Positions 63,231 to 64,000 of a DNA stretch of 64,000 nt are shown one piece after another. Position 1 is the stretch's first letter; each line of letters begins with the position of its first letter. This stretch comes from an uncultured delta proteobacterium (GTDB lineage: Bacteria > Desulfobacterota > RBG-13-43-22), in NCBI GenBank assembly GCA_963743305.1, contig CAVUPH010000024.1, forward strand, positions 32,001-96,000. Reading direction: 5' to 3'. Under the pieces are notes generated by a model, which saw only the letters and a program-made list of their open reading frames with translations, made no database searches and was not told where the DNA came from. A program made the position numbers and the translations under genes.

Positions 63231-64000
63231 TTGAATCTATCCCCTTTGGCCGATTACGGCCGGAAAGTGATGTCTGGCGAGGCTCTCACCAAAGAAGAAG
63301 CCCGACGGGTAGCCCGCTTAAAAACGCCGGAAGATATTATGGAACTGCTCTTTTGGGCGAATCAGGTACGGCATCTTCACAAAGGAAGAACGGTCGATCT
63401 ATGCGCCATCATCAACGCCAAGTCCGGGAGCTGTTCGGAGGACTGTACCTTTTGCGCCCAATCTTCCCATTATCCGGCCAGGACCAAAAAGTATCCCCTG
63501 CTGAGCGAATCCGACCTCCTGGAGGCCGCCGGCCGGGCCAGGTCCCTGGGGGCGGCCCGGTTCAGTCTGGTCACCAGCGGCCGTTCCCTGCTGAGTCCGA
63601 AGGAATTGGACCGGATCTGTCGGGTGGTCTCCCACCTGGGGGAAAAGAAGAAAATCAGCCCCTGCGCCTCTCTGGGCCTATTGACCCCGGAACAGGCCGG
63701 GTCTTTAAAGAAAGCCGGGCTTGTCCGCTACCATCACAATCTTGAGACCGGCCCGCGGCATTACCCATCCATTTGCACGACCCACTCTTTCTCCGATCGC
63801 CTGGCCACGCTCCGCACCGCCCGGGAGGCCGGCTTCGATCTTTGTTCCGGAGGAATTTTCGGATTGGGCGAAACACTGAACGACCGGGTGGAGCTGGCCT
63901 TCATTCTCAAAAAAATGAAGGTGGACTCGGTGCCCTTGAATTTTTTGAATCCTATCCCCGGGACGCCGCTGGCCTCCCAGCCGCCCCTTTCGCCGCTGGA
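63231..64000 (+). CDS. bioB: Biotin synthase, truncated by window end
   Basis: AGGAG + TTG; manual translation CAIINAKSGSCSEDCTFCAQSSHY, CASLG, YHHNLET, CSGGIFGLGE, SVPLNFLNPIPGTPL. Confidence 0.93.
   Translation, partial: MNLSPLADYGRKVMSGEALTKEEARRVARLKTPEDIMELLFWANQVRHLHKGRTVDLCAIINAKSGSCSEDCTFCAQSSHYPARTKKYPLLSESDLLEAAGRARSLGAARFSLVTSGRSLLSPKELDRICRVVSHLGEKKKISPCASLGLLTPEQAGSLKKAGLVRYHHNLETGPRHYPSICTTHSFSDRLATLRTAREAGFDLCSGGIFGLGETLNDRVELAFILKKMKVDSVPLNFLNPIPGTPLASQPPLSPL

Overview
Chromosomal window of a GC-rich bacterium. Gene content (DUF362/ferredoxin pair, Liv-type ABC plus acyl-CoA ligase, DZR-cyclase-STAND protein, intergenic repeats) suggests Desulfobacterota/Deltaproteobacteria; this is inference. 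Housekeeping genes (dgt, lptG-like, aconitase, PNP, prfB, lnt, bioB) surround three accessory blocks. (1) About 8.2-18.7 kb, minus strand: a co-directional cluster reading DZR-adenylate/guanylate cyclase-ATPase-TPR, class-1 isoprenoid-synthase-fold enzyme, radical SAM/SPASM-like enzyme, 89-aa Nif11-leader-like small protein ending ...LLETGY, B12-type radical SAM, S8 protease and CrtI-like oxidoreductase. It looks like an undescribed prenylated-RiPP or peptide-signal system, preceded by a leader with an internal terminator, and is the best novelty candidate. (2) About 40-57.4 kb: a PilZ protein, a ~3,850-aa mosaic surface protein, a TPR/beta-barrel, a FecR-domain protein and a CHASE2 adenylate cyclase. 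(3) About 58-62.5 kb: a PilZ-cNMP-Ser/Thr kinase among paralogous receiver proteins. About eight genes carry isolated apparent frameshifts, most likely assembly indels. No rRNA, tRNA, CRISPR array, integrase or transposase was recognised. All calls rest on motif reading by eye, without database searches.
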